Assembly (NCBI GenBank): GCA_022826195.1
Contig: JAJDVI010000094.1
Location: 70,714-134,713 of the forward strand
Direction: 5' to 3'
DNA length: 64,000 nt
Origin: Acidobacteriota bacterium
Lineage (GTDB): Bacteria > Acidobacteriota > Vicinamibacteria > Marinacidobacterales > Marinacidobacteraceae
Shown: one piece after another, positions 52,293-60,903 of the stretch
Layout of the letters: the number at the start of each line of letters is the position of its first letter
Position numbering within the stretch: position 1 is the stretch's first letter
Position numbers and translations under genes: made by a program
The notes under the pieces: model-generated
The model's input: only the letters and a program-made list of their open reading frames with translations
The model's database searches: none
Told to the model about the DNA's origin: nothing

Positions 52293-53762
52293 ATGCCCGT
52301 TCGAACCCCAACTGTCCTGATCCCGCTTCTCCTCGCAGCCACCTTCGCGGCCGCCCAGCCCGGCGTCCACACCTCCAGCAGCGGGGGCGAAGTGATGCGC
52401 CTCCTCCGGCGGGACAAGCTCGACCTGATCCTGCCGGGCGCCATGCGCGACAACGGCGTGGACATGTGGATCCACGTCACCCGGCACGGCGATCCCGACC
52501 CGATGGCCTACTGGTTCGGGAACACCTACGGCTACCTCGTCTTCACCGACGTCGGCGACCGGATCGAGCGGGCCGCCTTCGGGAGCGCCGGCGCGGTCCC
52601 GGACATCGACGTCCGCGGTTCCGACGATTTCGCCCGCACCATCTCCAGCTACGGCCGGGGGTACCAGATGGCCTTCAACTACGGCGACGAGGTCTACGAC
52701 GAGTTCACCGAGTTCGTCGCCGAGCGGGACCCGCAGACGATCGCCGTGAACACCTCCGAGTGGCTGGCCGAGGCGGACGGGTTGTCCCACACCTCCTACC
52801 TGAAGCTGGTGAAGATCCTGGGGCCCACCTACGCCGAGCGGATCGTCTCCGCGGAGAACGTCATCACTGACTTCCTGGTGCGGCGAACGGTGCGGGAGGT
52901 GGCCGAGCAGATCAACAACCTCGAGGCCGCCCGCCAGCTCACCCAGGAGGCCCTGGCCCGGATCGAGCCGGGACGCACCACGATCCGGGAGATCACCACC
53001 TGGGCCCGGGAGTGGGCGTACGAGCGGCACCTGGCCGGATTCAGCACCGGGGGGCGGGGCGGCATCCGCCTCTACTACACCGCGGTGTCCGAGGACCCGC
53101 CCTACCCGCCGGACGCCCGCTACTGGATCTGGCACGAGGACTACGTCTTCCAGCGCGGCGACTTCTTCGCCTTCAACGTCGGGGTCAACTACATGGGCTT
53201 CGGAACCGACACGAAGACCCACGCCTACATCCTGCGCGAGGGCGAGACCGCTCCTCCGGAGAGCATCCAGAAGCTCTTCGACCTCGCGATCGCCGGCCAG
53301 TGGATCATGCGGCCCCACATGCGCGTCGGTATGACCGCCAAGGAGTCACTCGACGCCATGGTCGCCGCCATGGAAGAGGCCGGCTACATCTACACGCCGT
53401 TCGTCAACTCCGGAATCCAGGGGATCGGCCGGACCCCCGACGGGGAAAGGAACCTCGACTACGTGATCGTCCAGGAGGGGCTCGGCGACGGCGACCAGCC
53501 GGGTTTCGCCATCGACCACCACGCCTACGGCACCGTCGGCACCGGGACCGTCGGTCCCTCGGTGACGAACTTCCGCGCCGACCGGCACCACCTGGTGATC
53601 CAGGAGAACCACCTCTTCGCGTACGAGTACATGGTGCACATGAACATCCCGGAACGGCCCGGATTCCCGCTGGCGATCAACATCTCGAACCCGCACGTGG
53701 TGACCAGCAAGGGCATCGAGTGGCTCCAGCCACCGAACGAGAAGATCTTCCTCATCAACTGA
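52293..53762 (+). CDS. M24-family metallopeptidase (creatinase/Xaa-Pro aminopeptidase-like), secreted
   Basis: Signal peptide followed by a Creatinase_N-like region and a pita-bread C-terminal domain. Confidence 0.65.
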   Translation: MPVRTPTVLIPLLLAATFAAAQPGVHTSSSGGEVMRLLRRDKLDLILPGAMRDNGVDMWIHVTRHGDPDPMAYWFGNTYGYLVFTDVGDRIERAAFGSAGAVPDIDVRGSDDFARTISSYGRGYQMAFNYGDEVYDEFTEFVAERDPQTIAVNTSEWLAEADGLSHTSYLKLVKILGPTYAERIVSAENVITDFLVRRTVREVAEQINNLEAARQLTQEALARIEPGRTTIREITTWAREWAYERHLAGFSTGGRGGIRLYYTAVSEDPPYPPDARYWIWHEDYVFQRGDFFAFNVGVNYMGFGTDTKTHAYILREGETAPPESIQKLFDLAIAGQWIMRPHMRVGMTAKESLDAMVAAMEEAGYIYTPFVNSGIQGIGRTPDGERNLDYVIVQEGLGDGDQPGFAIDHHAYGTVGTGTVGPSVTNFRADRHHLVIQENHLFAYEYMVHMNIPERPGFPLAINISNPHVVTSKGIEWLQPPNEKIFLIN

Positions 53763-53770
53763 CCGGGCGG

Positions 53771-54724
53771 TCAGCCGAGTTCCCCGAGCAGCCGCTCCCA
53801 GGCTTCGCGTTCGCGCTCGGGGGCGAAGAGCGCCGCCCGCGCCGCCTGGCGCCGCGCGAGGTCCCCGAGAAAACCGGGGTCCGTCTCCGCGCGCACCAGG
53901 AGGCCCCGGAGCGCCCCGGTATCTTCGGGCGGGAACGTGCCCGGGTGGTCCGGACCGAGGAGGCCGACGTTCCCCGGGATCCGGGAGGCGATGACCGGGA
54001 GCCCGGCGACCACCGCCTCCGACACGACGTTGGCGCCTCCCTCCGTCCGCGAGGAGATGACCATCGCGTGCGTCCGTTCGTAGAGGCGCCGCACGCGCGA
54101 GGCCGGCACTTCGCCGAGCCACCGGTAACGCGGGTTGCGCGCCATTTCACGGCGCGCGGCCGCCGCCCAGTCCGGGTCACGGGCGCCCCCGGCGTGGAGC
54201 ACCCGCAGACGCGACTCCGCCGGCAGCTCCCGCGCCGCGAAGGCCGCCCGCAGCGGGTCCTTCTCCCGGCGGAGGTGCCCGACGACGGACACGTCGAACG
54301 TCCGCTTCGAGGGGCGGCGCCCCCCGCTCCCGACGGCAACCGACTGGTGCACCACCCGCACCCTGGCGCGGAACTCCGGCGGCAGCGCTTCCCCGGCGAG
54401 GTCGTGCAACCCGACGAGCAGGTCGGCGCACTCGAGCGACCGGCGGGTGGTCTCCGGCTCCGTGTGCAGGAAGCCGTAGATGTCGGTCCCGGTGAGCGCC
54501 ACGATCAGCGGACGCGTGGGAAAACGATCCCGGAAACGTTGGATCGAAGCGGCGCTCCGCCAGGCGTGGAGGGCGATCAGCGCGTCCGCGGCGGCTCCGT
54601 CCCAGGCCGTCTGCACGGCCACCCGATGGCCGAGCGACCGCAGCACCGCCGCCCAGCGCCTCGCGGTGATCCGGTTCCCGAAGCGGGACCTCGGGCCCGC
54701 GGGGGTTACTAGAATGATTCGCAC
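53771..54724 (-). CDS. Small GT-B glycosyltransferase (GT4-like); SenB-like candidate
   Basis: The 317-aa product has a GT-B C-terminal nucleotide-sugar-binding region (ISSRTEGGANVVSEAVVAGLPVIAS). It is divergently paired with the EgtB/SenA homolog. Confidence 0.7.
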   Translation of the reverse strand: MRIILVTPAGPRSRFGNRITARRWAAVLRSLGHRVAVQTAWDGAAADALIALHAWRSAASIQRFRDRFPTRPLIVALTGTDIYGFLHTEPETTRRSLECADLLVGLHDLAGEALPPEFRARVRVVHQSVAVGSGGRRPSKRTFDVSVVGHLRREKDPLRAAFAARELPAESRLRVLHAGGARDPDWAAAARREMARNPRYRWLGEVPASRVRRLYERTHAMVISSRTEGGANVVSEAVVAGLPVIASRIPGNVGLLGPDHPGTFPPEDTGALRGLLVRAETDPGFLGDLARRQAARAALFAPEREREAWERLLGELG

Positions 54725-54744
54725 CGGCGAAACCCGCCGCCAGC

Positions 54745-56040
54745 ATGACCCAGCGTGTTCCGGCCGATCATCTCGCGGCCATCATGGAGGATGCCCACCG
54801 GCGCAGCATCGCGCTGACCAGCGGCCTCGACGAGCGCCAGTTGATGGGGCCGCGGATGTCCATCGTCAATCCGCTGCGGTGGGAGATCGGGCACGTCGCA
54901 TGGTTCTACGAGACCTTCATCCTTCGTGACCTCTACGGCGACGCAGCGATCCTTCCGCACGGCGACGAACTGTACGACTCGGCGGCCGTCCTCCAGGAGA
55001 CCCGCTGGGACCTGCCCCTCCTCGGGATGGACGAAACGGTCCGCTACGCCGAAACCGTCAAGGACCGCTGCCTGGAACGGCTGCCGCCGGGGACGGCGAG
55101 CGAGCGGGACAGCTTCATGTACCAGTTCGCCACCTTTCACGAGGACATGCACACCGAGGCGTACGTCTATTCCCGGCAGACCCTCGGCTACCCGGCGCCG
55201 CGGCTCGGCCGAAGTCCCGCCCGGGAACCGTCGGGCGATTGTCCCGGCGACGCCGGCGTACCGGGGGGGACCTTCCGCCTCGGAGCGGAACGGGACGCGC
55301 CCTTCCGCTACGACAACGAGAAGTGGGCGCATCCGGTGGACGTGCGGCCGTTCTCGATTGCGAAGGCGCCGGTCACGAACGCGGACTTCGCCGAGTTCGT
55401 GGACGCCGGGGGCTACCGGCGGCGGGAGTTCTGGAGCGAGGCGGGCTGGGACTGGCGAGAGCGGGCCGGGGCCTCGCATCCCGTCTACTGGCGCTCCGAC
55501 GGAGCGGACGCGTTCCGGGCGCGGCGCTTCGACGAGATCGCGCCGCTGCCGCCGAACGAACCGGTCATCCACGTCAACTGGTTCGAGGCGAACGCCTGGT
55601 GCGCCTGGGCCGGGCGCCGCCTCCCCACCGAGATCGAGTGGGAGGCCGCCGCCCTCGGGGAACCCGGCGGAGACCGGCTGGCCGCGACGAAGCGGACCTA
55701 CCCGTGGGGCGAGGCGCCTCCCGACCCGCGGCGCGCCAACCTCGACGGCTGGTCGCTCGGGTGCATCGAGGTGGGGGCGCTTCCCGACGGGGACAGCGCC
55801 TTCGGATGCCGGCAGATGCTCGGCAACGTCTGGGAATGGACGGCGGACACCTTCGAGCCGTTCCCGGGTTTCCGCCCCGACGCCTACCGGGACTACTCCG
55901 CGTCCCAGTTCCACCGGACAAAGGTCCTGCGCGGCGGCGCCTGGGCGACGCGCAGCCGGATGCTGACCGGCCGCTATCGCAACTTCTTCGGCCCGGAACG
56001 CCGCGACATCATGGCGGGGTTCCGGACCGTACGCGAGTAA
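54745..56040 (+). CDS. EgtB/SenA-family nonheme-iron sulfoxide/selenoxide synthase (DinB_2 plus FGE-sulfatase domains)
   Basis: The DinB-like N-terminus has His motifs (IGHVAWFYETF, FHEDMHTE). The FGE-like C-terminus contains ...HVNWFEANAWCAWAGRRLPTEIEWEAAA...GNVWEWT. Confidence 0.8.
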   Translation: MTQRVPADHLAAIMEDAHRRSIALTSGLDERQLMGPRMSIVNPLRWEIGHVAWFYETFILRDLYGDAAILPHGDELYDSAAVLQETRWDLPLLGMDETVRYAETVKDRCLERLPPGTASERDSFMYQFATFHEDMHTEAYVYSRQTLGYPAPRLGRSPAREPSGDCPGDAGVPGGTFRLGAERDAPFRYDNEKWAHPVDVRPFSIAKAPVTNADFAEFVDAGGYRRREFWSEAGWDWRERAGASHPVYWRSDGADAFRARRFDEIAPLPPNEPVIHVNWFEANAWCAWAGRRLPTEIEWEAAALGEPGGDRLAATKRTYPWGEAPPDPRRANLDGWSLGCIEVGALPDGDSAFGCRQMLGNVWEWTADTFEPFPGFRPDAYRDYSASQFHRTKVLRGGAWATRSRMLTGRYRNFFGPERRDIMAGFRTVRE

Positions 56041-56043
56041 GGG

Positions 56044-56484
56044 CTATTCGTCCGAGGCGCCCGGGTACACCCGCTCGCCCTCGTAGTCCCTGAGACCGCA
56101 GAAACCGACGACTTCGTATCCGTTCGCTTGTAGCAGCTCCGCGGCACGCGCGGCTCTTCCGCCACCCTGTCAAGCGGTGAGGACGGGGACTCCCGCCGGG
56201 AGCTCTCCCATCCTCGCCTCCAATTCGTCGATCGGAATGTGGACGAAGCCGTCGATCGTGCCGTGCTCGGCGAGTTCCTCGTCGGTACGGACGTCGAGCA
56301 GCACGGCGCCGTTCGCGAGCGCGGCGTCGATGTCCGCCGCCTCGACCCGCGGGGCCGGCTCGGGCGCCGCCGGTTCGGCTTCGGCAGCCGTGGTTTCCTC
56401 GGCCGGGGGTTCGCCGCCGCCGCAGCCCCAGCCAAGGACGGCTGCCGCGAGGGCGACGACGCCAAGTGAGAGTGCTCTCTTCAC
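56044..56484 (-). CDS. Single-domain rhodanese-like sulfurtransferase, exported, with in-frame TGA (predicted selenocysteine) at the catalytic Cys position
   Basis: Signal peptide/lipobox-like N-terminus (LGWGCGG). The rhodanese fold ...VLLDVRTDEELAEHGTIDGFVHIPIDEL...VPVLTA-[TGA]-QGGGRAARAAELLQANGYEVVGF aligns residue-for-residue with the GlpE active-site loop [26 protein letters not shown]. The frame stays open for 41 more codons to a TAG. Confidence 0.7.
56139..56154 (-). promoter_or_regulatory. Candidate SECIS-like hairpin 15 nt downstream of the in-frame UGA (mRNA GCCGCG-CGUGC-CGCGG)
   Basis: Read directly. An identical hairpin sits at the same 15-nt spacing in the second rhodanese paralog, and its loop contains G and U. 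Confidence 0.4.
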
Positions 56485-56504
56485 CGTGAACCTCCTGTTC
56501 AGAG

Positions 56505-56846
56505 TCAGTCGAGCGGGCGGTACTCCCGCGCGCCCGTATATTGCTTGAGGCCGCTGAAGCCCACAACCTCGAAACCGGCGTTCTCCAGAATCGCCGCGGC
56601 ACGCGCGGCCCGTGGTCCCACCATTCAGGTGGTCAGGACCGGACGATCCCGGGGCAGCTCGTCCAGCCGATCGGCCAGCTCTCCGAGGTGGATGTGGACC
56701 GCTCCGGGGATGGTCCCGGACTCGGCCAGTTCGAGGGCCGTGCGCACGTCGAGCAGGAGAACCTGCGCGTCGCTCAGCACCTCGTCGATCTGACCGGCGG
56801 CGACGAACGGCGCGCGCGTGCCGAGCGCGCGCCCCATCAGGCTCAT
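56505..56846 (-). CDS. Single-domain rhodanese-like sulfurtransferase, cytoplasmic, with in-frame TGA (predicted selenocysteine) at the catalytic Cys position
   Basis: ...VLLLDVRTALELAESGTIPGAVHIHLGEL...RPVLTT-[TGA]-MVGPRAARAAAILENAGFEVVGFSGL...; the frame continues 39 codons to a TGA. Confidence 0.7.
56593..56610 (-). promoter_or_regulatory. Candidate SECIS-like hairpin 15 nt downstream of the in-frame UGA (mRNA GCCGCG-CGUGC-CGCGGC)
   Basis: Read directly; a 6-bp stem with a 5-nt loop. Confidence 0.4.
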
Positions 56847-56929
56847 GGACCGAGCGTATCAGTCGGGGAGCCCGAGCCGCAGGGAAGTCGCTGGCTGGCT
56901 GTCTCGCTTCCCTGCGGCCGGCGCGCCGG

Positions 56930-59524
56930 TCACTCCCGCCCCATCGCGTGCGCTTCGGCGAGGAAGCCCTCGTAGATGGCGCGCGCCTCGTCGAACTGGG
57001 CGTAGACGTGAGCCTGCTCGGCTTCGGAACGCCAGAACTCCCATTCCTCGGCCATCTCCCGCAGCCGGTCGATCCAGCGGATCGAGTACTCGGCGGCCGC
57101 CGCGCTCCGCACCGGCTGGTCGCCGACCGTGACCCAGACCGGATTGGTGAACGCCTGGGCGTAGGCGCAGTCCAGCGGACGCCGCTCGTCGGGAGAACCC
57201 TCGGCCCGGAGCAGCAGCCAGCCGCTCCGGCCCACCGGGACCGTTCCCGTGGCCATCGCGGAACGCCGGTCCCCGGAGAGGGCGACCTCCGCCACGTCCT
57301 CGCCCCCGGAGACCACCCACGCCCGTTCGAGCGGGGTGGAGGAACGCACCCAGGCGCTCCATTCCACCTCGCCGCCGGACTCGGGAAGTTCCACGTCGTC
57401 GCCCGGGATCCGGCCGTTCACCCGGAAGTCCAGCAGGGGCCCGCAGCTCACGACCGCCCTGCCCTCCCGGATGCCCTCGAGGAAGGCGTCCAGATCGAGA
57501 CCCCGCTCTCCGGTGTGCACGTACGTGCGCACCGAACCCACGAGCTTGGAGCGCTGCATGTTGCTGATCGAGTCCTCGCCTCCCACCGCAGTCACCCGCA
57601 GACCGTTGTTCAGGGTGGCGTACCAGGGGAAGAACCCGGCCCGGGAGGCCGAGGACCACTCCACCGCGTCCGTTTCGCCGAGCGCCGCGTCCACCATGTA
57701 GCCCTTGGCCCCGCCGAGGGTCCCGGGAGTGCCGTCGGGAAAGACGAGGGGATCGTTCTCCCCGAAGAACGCGTGGACGTAGCCCACCGTCGCCCCCTGC
57801 GCCTTCGCCTTCCGGAACATGTCGGTGTTGGACGGGTAGAGGCTCTCGATCCCGGTGCCTTCATACCCCGTGGTGTAGGGGGAGATCAGGTGTTCCTCGA
57901 GTCCGAAATAGAAGACGTGGCCGTAGAACGGGGGCCGGTACTCCTGGCCCACGACCAGCGCCATGTCTTCGGTCGAGAGCGGGTGGGCGCCACCACCGGG
58001 AACGAAGTGCTGGTAGTCGAGAATCCGGTTGTCCTTGTTGGCGATCTGCTCGAGCACGACGTCCTGGTCCTCGGCGGCGGACATGAACATCAGGTTCTCC
58101 AGCGTGTTGTGGAGGTTGCCGGCGTAGTTCATGTGGACGTGGGTGGAGCCGCTCCACCAGCCCTTGGCCGCCATGTCGGTGATCCGGGGCAACCGGAGGG
58201 TCAGCTCGGCGACATCCCCCGCGGCGATCTCCAGGCTGGCGCTCACCGGCTCGTACTCGAACCCGCGCACCGCCTCGATCTCCAGGCCTCCCACCGGCAG
58301 CTCCATCCGGAAGCTCCCGGCCTGGTGGAAGGAGTGCTCCCCGGCCCCGCCGATCCGGGCGTAGGCGTCCGGCGGGGCGTAGAACCGTCCGTCGGCGGCC
58401 CGCAGGTGGATGCGCGACGCCACCTCCTCCCCCGTCGCGCCGTCCACGGTGCGTACCGAGAGCACGCCCATGGGCCGGCTCCAGTTGCGCCGGGTGATCT
58501 CCACGATGCGGCGCTTGCCGCCATACGTTTCGAGAAGCGCCAGTTGCGGCAGCCCGCCGGAGTTGTCGATGTAGGCGATCCACTCGCCGTCGGGAGACCA
58601 GCGGGGATGGAAGGCGTCGTGCTGGAAGAAGGTCAGCTTGTAGGGTGAGCCGCCGTCGGTCGGCTGCACGTAGAGGTTCGAGAACTGGTCGGCGGCGCCG
58701 GCGGTGGAGGAATAGATGAACCGCTTCCCGTCGATCGAGACGTCGGGCCGGGTCCGATAGAGCGACTGCTCCGCGAGCACCGTGACCCCCTCCTCGAAAC
58801 CCTGGACGGCGAGCGGCGTCCGCACCACGTTCCCGGAACCGAGCGGCACCTCGTGGTTCGAGACCATCAGCAGTTCCCGGGAGTCCGGCATCCAGGCCGG
58901 GGTGATGTGCATGTCCCAGGAGCCGAAGTAGAGCCGCTCGTTGCCGTAGTTCTCGTCCTGGGTCAGCGCCGTCTCCCCGGAGCCGAGCTCGCCGTCCGCG
59001 AACTCCCGGACGTAGACGTTGAAGTAGCCGGAGGGCTTCGTGGACACGTAGGCGAGACGGCTGCCGTCCGGCGAGAAGACGGGGTCGGTGTAAAGGAACT
59101 CGTCGCTCAGCAGCGTGCGGGTTTCCCCGGTGGCCACCTCGGTGATCGCGAGGCCGATGTTCTGGCCGTTCCGGTCCACCGTGAAGACGATGAAGCGCCC
59201 GTCCGGGGACCAGGTCGGCAGCGAGTGGTAGCCGGGACCCGCGGTGAGCTCGTCGGCGATCCCGGTTTCGGGATCCACGCGCCAGATCGAGCCGGACATG
59301 GCCACTGCGATGCTCTTCCCGTCGGGCGCCCACGCCGGCGCCCAGGGCGTGCTGCTGGGCGCCGGCGGGAAGTAGTAGTTGTGCATGTAGTTCCCGCCGT
59401 GGCGGGCGGGGGGATACGCCTCGGCGACCCCCTGGATGATGGGAGGCGGCGGCCAGCGCTGGGGTTGGGCGAAGAGCGGGGTGGCCGCCAGCAGGACGAG
59501 GACGAAGCTGAGAAGCAGGTGCAT
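56930..59524 (-). CDS. Secreted TolB-like beta-propeller protein fused to a PHP/CehA-McbA-like metallohydrolase domain
   Basis: Signal peptide MHLLLSFVLVLLAATPLFAQ, PD40/TolB-like repeats (WSPDG...), and a C-terminal domain with STHVHMNY...GYVHAFFGE His-rich motifs. The domain naming is tentative. Confidence 0.6.
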   Translation of the reverse strand: MHLLLSFVLVLLAATPLFAQPQRWPPPPIIQGVAEAYPPARHGGNYMHNYYFPPAPSSTPWAPAWAPDGKSIAVAMSGSIWRVDPETGIADELTAGPGYHSLPTWSPDGRFIVFTVDRNGQNIGLAITEVATGETRTLLSDEFLYTDPVFSPDGSRLAYVSTKPSGYFNVYVREFADGELGSGETALTQDENYGNERLYFGSWDMHITPAWMPDSRELLMVSNHEVPLGSGNVVRTPLAVQGFEEGVTVLAEQSLYRTRPDVSIDGKRFIYSSTAGAADQFSNLYVQPTDGGSPYKLTFFQHDAFHPRWSPDGEWIAYIDNSGGLPQLALLETYGGKRRIVEITRRNWSRPMGVLSVRTVDGATGEEVASRIHLRAADGRFYAPPDAYARIGGAGEHSFHQAGSFRMELPVGGLEIEAVRGFEYEPVSASLEIAAGDVAELTLRLPRITDMAAKGWWSGSTHVHMNYAGNLHNTLENLMFMSAAEDQDVVLEQIANKDNRILDYQHFVPGGGAHPLSTEDMALVVGQEYRPPFYGHVFYFGLEEHLISPYTTGYEGTGIESLYPSNTDMFRKAKAQGATVGYVHAFFGENDPLVFPDGTPGTLGGAKGYMVDAALGETDAVEWSSASRAGFFPWYATLNNGLRVTAVGGEDSISNMQRSKLVGSVRTYVHTGERGLDLDAFLEGIREGRAVVSCGPLLDFRVNGRIPGDDVELPESGGEVEWSAWVRSSTPLERAWVVSGGEDVAEVALSGDRRSAMATGTVPVGRSGWLLLRAEGSPDERRPLDCAYAQAFTNPVWVTVGDQPVRSAAAAEYSIRWIDRLREMAEEWEFWRSEAEQAHVYAQFDEARAIYEGFLAEAHAMGRE

Positions 59525-59602
59525 TGGATATTCCTCTCGGGGCGGCGATTCTACGGACCCGGTGACAAGTCCAGACCGGCCCACCACGGAGGCCCCTGGG
59601 GT

Positions 59603-59631
59603 TTGCAGCGAAATATGGCCATGGCTATATT
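59603..59631 (+). promoter_or_regulatory. Sigma70-like promoter TTGCAG-N17-TATATT directly upstream of the antitoxin ATG, implying a leaderless transcript
   Basis: Read directly. The -10 element ends 6 nt before the ATG at 59638. Confidence 0.5.
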
Positions 59632-59637
59632 CCCCGA

Positions 59638-60102
59638 ATGCGTTCCATTTCCGCCGGCAAATTCAAGGACACCTGCTTGAGAGTCCTGGACGAGGTCGCC
59701 GCGAACCGCGTGCCCGTGACGATCACCAAGTGGGGCCGTCCCGTCGCCCGGCTGCTCCCCTTGATCGGTCGGGCTCCCACCCGTGAGAGGACGGCGCCTG
59801 CCGCCACCGGCGTTGAGGAGACGGTTCAGCCCTACGGCTCGGACGCCGCCGCAGCGGCCCCCGAAGATGCGACCCAGCGGTTGCACCGGCTGGCGGGCGA
59901 ACTCGGCTTGTCGCCGGATGATCTGCTCCGAGAGGCGCTCGACGCCTACACCGGGGACAGCGCGATCGACGAACTCATCGAGCGCGCCAAGCGTCCCGTC
60001 GGGGCGTTCCGCTCCGGGCGGAGCGACCTCGCGGAAAAGCACGACGAGGCATGGGCGGAGATCCTGGAGGAGGAGATGGAGCGGTGGCGGTTACCCGAGT
60101 GA
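59638..60102 (+). CDS. Type II antitoxin, Phd/YefM-like N-terminus with a long acidic C-terminal extension
   Basis: The N-terminus MRSISAGKFKDTCLRVLDEVAANRVPVTITKWGRPVARLLPL matches a Phd/YefM fold. Its stop overlaps the vapC GTG start as GTGA. Confidence 0.7.
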   Translation: MRSISAGKFKDTCLRVLDEVAANRVPVTITKWGRPVARLLPLIGRAPTRERTAPAATGVEETVQPYGSDAAAAAPEDATQRLHRLAGELGLSPDDLLREALDAYTGDSAIDELIERAKRPVGAFRSGRSDLAEKHDEAWAEILEEEMERWRLPE

Positions 60103-60515
60103 CGACCCCCGTCTTCCTCGATACGTCGGCGTTCTACGCGCTGCTCGACGCCGAGCAACGGTTCCACGACCACGCGAAACGAACCTGGGACCGCCTGCTC
60201 TCCGGCGTTCGCCAGGCGCGACCCCGTTTGGTCACCCACCACGCCGTCGTGGTGGAAGCGAGCGTGCTCACGGCGCGGCGACTGGGCATGCACGCGGTCC
60301 GGGAACTCCACAACGGGCTGCTCCCCATCGCCGAAATCGTCTGGATCGACGAGAAACTGCATGCTCGCGCCACGGCGGCCATGTTCGCCGCCGGCCGGCG
60401 CAACGTCTCCCTCGTGGACTGGCTCTCCTTCGAGGTGATGCGCGAGCGCCGGATCCGGCACGCCTTCACCTACGACGGAGACTTCGCGAAACAGGGATTC
60501 CTGCCCGCGCCGTGA
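60099..60515 (+). CDS. vapC: PIN-domain toxin VapC
   Basis: PVFLDTSAFYALLD with conserved acidic residues of the PIN fold; about 138 aa. Confidence 0.7.
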   Translation: MTTPVFLDTSAFYALLDAEQRFHDHAKRTWDRLLSGVRQARPRLVTHHAVVVEASVLTARRLGMHAVRELHNGLLPIAEIVWIDEKLHARATAAMFAAGRRNVSLVDWLSFEVMRERRIRHAFTYDGDFAKQGFLPAP

Positions 60516-60534
60516 GGGCGATGGGCGTCGTGAC

Positions 60535-60585
60535 GTGCGCGGTGCGAGCGCCGCGCGTGCCGGTCTGAAGACCGGCGCTCCCGCC
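60535..60585 (-). repeat. Degenerate REP-like copy (GTGCGCGGTGCGAGCGCCGCGCGTGCCGGTCTGAAGACCGGCGCTCCCGCC)
   Basis: Read directly; between vapC and rpmB. Confidence 0.6.
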
Positions 60586-60598
60586 GCGTTCCCTGCCT

Positions 60599-60865
60599 TT
60601 ACAGGTTGCGGGCGTGGGCGCGGGCGGGGAGCACGTCGCGGAGGCGCAGGCCCTCGTCCTTCAGGTAGCTGAGCAGGCCCTTCTTGTCGATCGTGCGCAG
60701 GGCGCGGGCGCTGAGCCGCAGCCGCACGGAGCGCTCCAGCTCGGGCACCCACACGGACTTCCACTGAAGGTTGGGGAGCTGACGCCGCTTCGTCTTGTTG
60801 TGCGCGTGACTGATGGCGTTCCCGGTGAGGGGACGCTTGCCGGTCAGCTTGCAGGTCCTGGCCAT
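60599..60865 (-). CDS. rpmB: 50S ribosomal protein L28
   Basis: MARTCKLTGKRPLTGNAISHAHNKTKRRQLPNL... closely matches the bacterial L28 consensus. Confidence 0.9.
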   Translation of the reverse strand: MARTCKLTGKRPLTGNAISHAHNKTKRRQLPNLQWKSVWVPELERSVRLRLSARALRTIDKKGLLSYLKDEGLRLRDVLPARAHARNL

Positions 60866-60903
60866 GGGAGGCGCGGATTCTAGCGGGGATCGCCGGTTTC
60901 CGC

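Noticed and set aside
54745-56040. Calling the EgtB-like gene egtB outright
   Set aside because: No egtD is adjacent, and the gene is paired with a glycosyltransferase instead. The gene_symbol field is left empty and the ambiguity (EgtB type II versus SenA) is flagged in the findings.
56170-56627. In-frame TGAs as ordinary stops that produce two ~100-aa truncated rhodanese fragments each
   Set aside because: The truncation would fall one residue before the catalytic Cys. The frame then continues with the conserved active-site loop (xGGxRAARAA) and the C-terminal helix in both paralogs. Recoding as Sec is far more parsimonious than two identically broken genes.
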